From Leidyana gryllorum EB-2025a (lineage: Eukaryota; Protista; Apicomplexa): 7,910 nucleotides of DNA. A model generated the notes under the pieces. The model had not been told where the DNA came from and ran no database searches. It saw only the letters and a list, made by a program, of their open reading frames with translations. Both the position numbers and the translations under genes were made by a program. Below are positions 6,037-7,910 of the stretch, piece after piece. The DNA lies in the NCBI GenBank assembly GCA_048772705.1, contig JBLWGC010000023.1, positions 1 to 7,910 on the forward strand. The letters run 5' to 3'. The stretch's first letter is position 1. Each line of letters starts with the position of its first letter.

Positions 6037-7315
6037 AAACGACTTGTAGAGAAGTGTCATTTAAGTACCTATCAAGTAGCAAAGAAGTGTGAAACAAGTG
6101 TCAAACAACTCGGAAACCAGTGTCAAACAAGCCTGGAACATGTGGCAAAAAAGTGTTAAACATGTGGCGAACAAGTCTCAACGGAGTTTCAAACAAGTGT
6201 TAAACATGTGGCAAAGAACTGGCAAGCAAGTGTAAAGCATGTGGCAAACAAGTGCCAAAGATGTCGCAAACATGTCGCAAACAAGTGTCACACGAGTGTC
6301 AAACAAGTGTGGAACATGTGGCAAAAAAGTGTTAAACATGTGGCGAACAAGTCTCAACGGAGTTTCAAACAAGTGTTAAACATGTGGCAAAGAACTGGCA
6401 AGCAAGTGTAAAGCATGTGGCAAACAAGTGCCAAAGATGTCGCAAACATGTCGCAAACAAGTGTCAAACGAGTGTGAAACAAGTGTGGAACATGTGGCAA
6501 AAAAGTGTTGAACATGTGGCGAACAAGTCTCAACGGAGTTTCAAACAAGTGTTAAACATGTGGCAAAGAACTGGCAAGCAAGTGTAAAGCATGTGGCAAA
6601 CAAGTGCCAAAGATGTCGCAAACATGTCGCAAACAAGTGTCAAACGAGTGTCAAACAAGTGTGGAACATGTGGCAAAAAAGTGTTAAACATGTGGCGAAC
6701 AAGTCTCAACGGAGTTTCAAACAAGTGTTAAACATGTGGCAAAGAACTGACAAGCAAGTGTAAAGCATGTGGCAAACAAGTTTCAAAGAAGTATCAAACA
6801 AGTTGTGGCAAAAAAGTGTTAAACATGTGGCGAACAAGTCTCAACGGAGTTTCAAACAAGTGTTAAACATGTGGCAAAGAACTGGCAAGCAAGTGTAAAG
6901 CATGCGGCAAACAAGTTTCAAACGAGTGTCAAACAAGTGTGGAACATGTGGGAAAAAAGTGTTAAACATGTGGTGAACAAGTCTCAACGGAGTTTCAAAC
7001 AAGTGTTAAACATGTGGCGAAGAAGTGGCAAACACGTGTCAAACGAGTATCAAACAAGTGTGAAATATGTGGCAGAAAAGTGTTTAACATGTGGCGAACA
7101 AGTCTCAACTGAGTGTCAAAGAAGTATGAAAGATGTGGCAAAGAAGTGGGAAGCAAGTGTAAAGCATGTGGCAAACAAGTTTCAAAGAAGTATCAAACAA
7201 GTAGCAAGCAAGTAGGAAACAAGTGTGAAACAGGTAGCAAACAAGTGTCAAACATGTCGCAAACAAGTCTCGAACATGTTGCAAAGGGGTACTGAAGGTG
7301 CTGCAAAGAGATGTG
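6037..7315. repeat. Satellite array of 11-bp monomers (consensus about AAACAWGTGKC) with 176-bp (16-monomer) higher-order repeats
   Basis: Near-identical 176-bp units start at 6136, 6312 and 6488, and a fourth begins at 6664. Each parses into sixteen 11-mers. Shorter 13- and 11-monomer variants follow and both edges degenerate. Confidence 0.95.
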
Positions 7316-7384
7316 TAACACAAGTATCATCTGGTACAAGTTGCACACTGGTGACGAACTCTGCTTTTCTGAAAATTTGGTAAG

Positions 7385-7553
7385 GGGTTAAGGATGACGA
7401 CATGAAAAATTCCGATGAATTAGTAACGGGTTAAGGATGACGACATGAAAAATTCCGATGAATTTGTAACGAGATAAGGATGACGACATCAAAAAACACC
7501 GATAAACTTGTAACGAGATAAGGGTGACGACATCAAAAAAATGTAATAAATTT
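7385..7553. repeat. 43-44-bp minisatellite, about 4 copies (core TAAGGRTGACGACATSAAAAA)
   Basis: Units start at 7385, 7428, 7471 and 7515. A degenerate copy probably lies at about 7342-7384. Confidence 0.9.
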
Positions 7554-7744
7554 CGCTTAGAGCCACCCAATAACCTCAGTAGACGAGAAAGACGGTAGGG
7601 GAGACTGAGAATGACTCAATGAGATGTTAGCTGGGGCGTCACTGGATGCTGGTTGGGGCAGGTAGCGAATGGGGGTCAGTTGGCTGGGATAAAAAGTGCA
7701 CAACGGGGAGGTGAGGCTCTGGTCGCAAAGTGGCGAAGCTCCTT

Positions 7745-7780
7745 GGGGGCTTTCTGGGATGTGTGGGGATGAGTTGTGGG
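7745..7780 (+). other. Potential G-quadruplex motif
   Basis: G5-N6-G3-N6-G4-N9-G3 within a G-rich region. Confidence 0.4.
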
Positions 7781-7910
7781 AACTTACTTGGTGTGGGAAC
7801 GTGCCAGACCAGTCTGAGTGGCACGAAGTCACGTGTTGGGAACATCTGGGGGGAAGAAAGCGAGCGCGAGCGAGAAGAGGGCTTTTTGGATCTGAGAACA
7901 AAAATAACAG

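Noticed and set aside
5770-7323. Repeated 60-114 aa ORFs (MAKNWQASVKHVANK..., MFETPLRLVRH...) as a repeat-protein family
   Set aside because: By-products of an 11-bp period that cycles through all frames, with regular TAA stops. A TAA=Gln code is unsupported because gag and pol contain no in-frame TAA/TAG.
6037-7553. CRISPR array
   Set aside because: Contiguous tandem units without unique spacers, no cas genes, eukaryotic retroelement context.
7388-7901. Minus-strand ORFs 7388-7570, 7557-7901 and 7639-7845
   Set aside because: Low-complexity Pro/Ser-rich or repeat-derived translations of skewed DNA with no domain evidence.

Overview
Eukaryotic repetitive DNA. Bases 2-4936 are a complete, very compact Ty3/Gypsy chromovirus-type LTR retrotransposon with identical 195-bp TG...CA LTRs. 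It encodes gag with a CCHC knuckle and, in the -1 frame, pol in the order PR-RT-RNaseH-IN-chromodomain, and its PPT abuts the 3' LTR. Oddities: the 3' LTR is followed by a second copy of the PBS-position sequence, the protease catalytic Asp is His, the internal region is entirely coding, and the LTR opens with a near-perfect palindrome. Downstream are about 1 kb of strongly G/T-skewed non-coding DNA with a GC hairpin, a 1.28-kb satellite of 11-bp monomers organised into 176-bp higher-order repeats, a 43-44-bp minisatellite and a G-rich tail. The host and the target-site duplication cannot be determined from this window.
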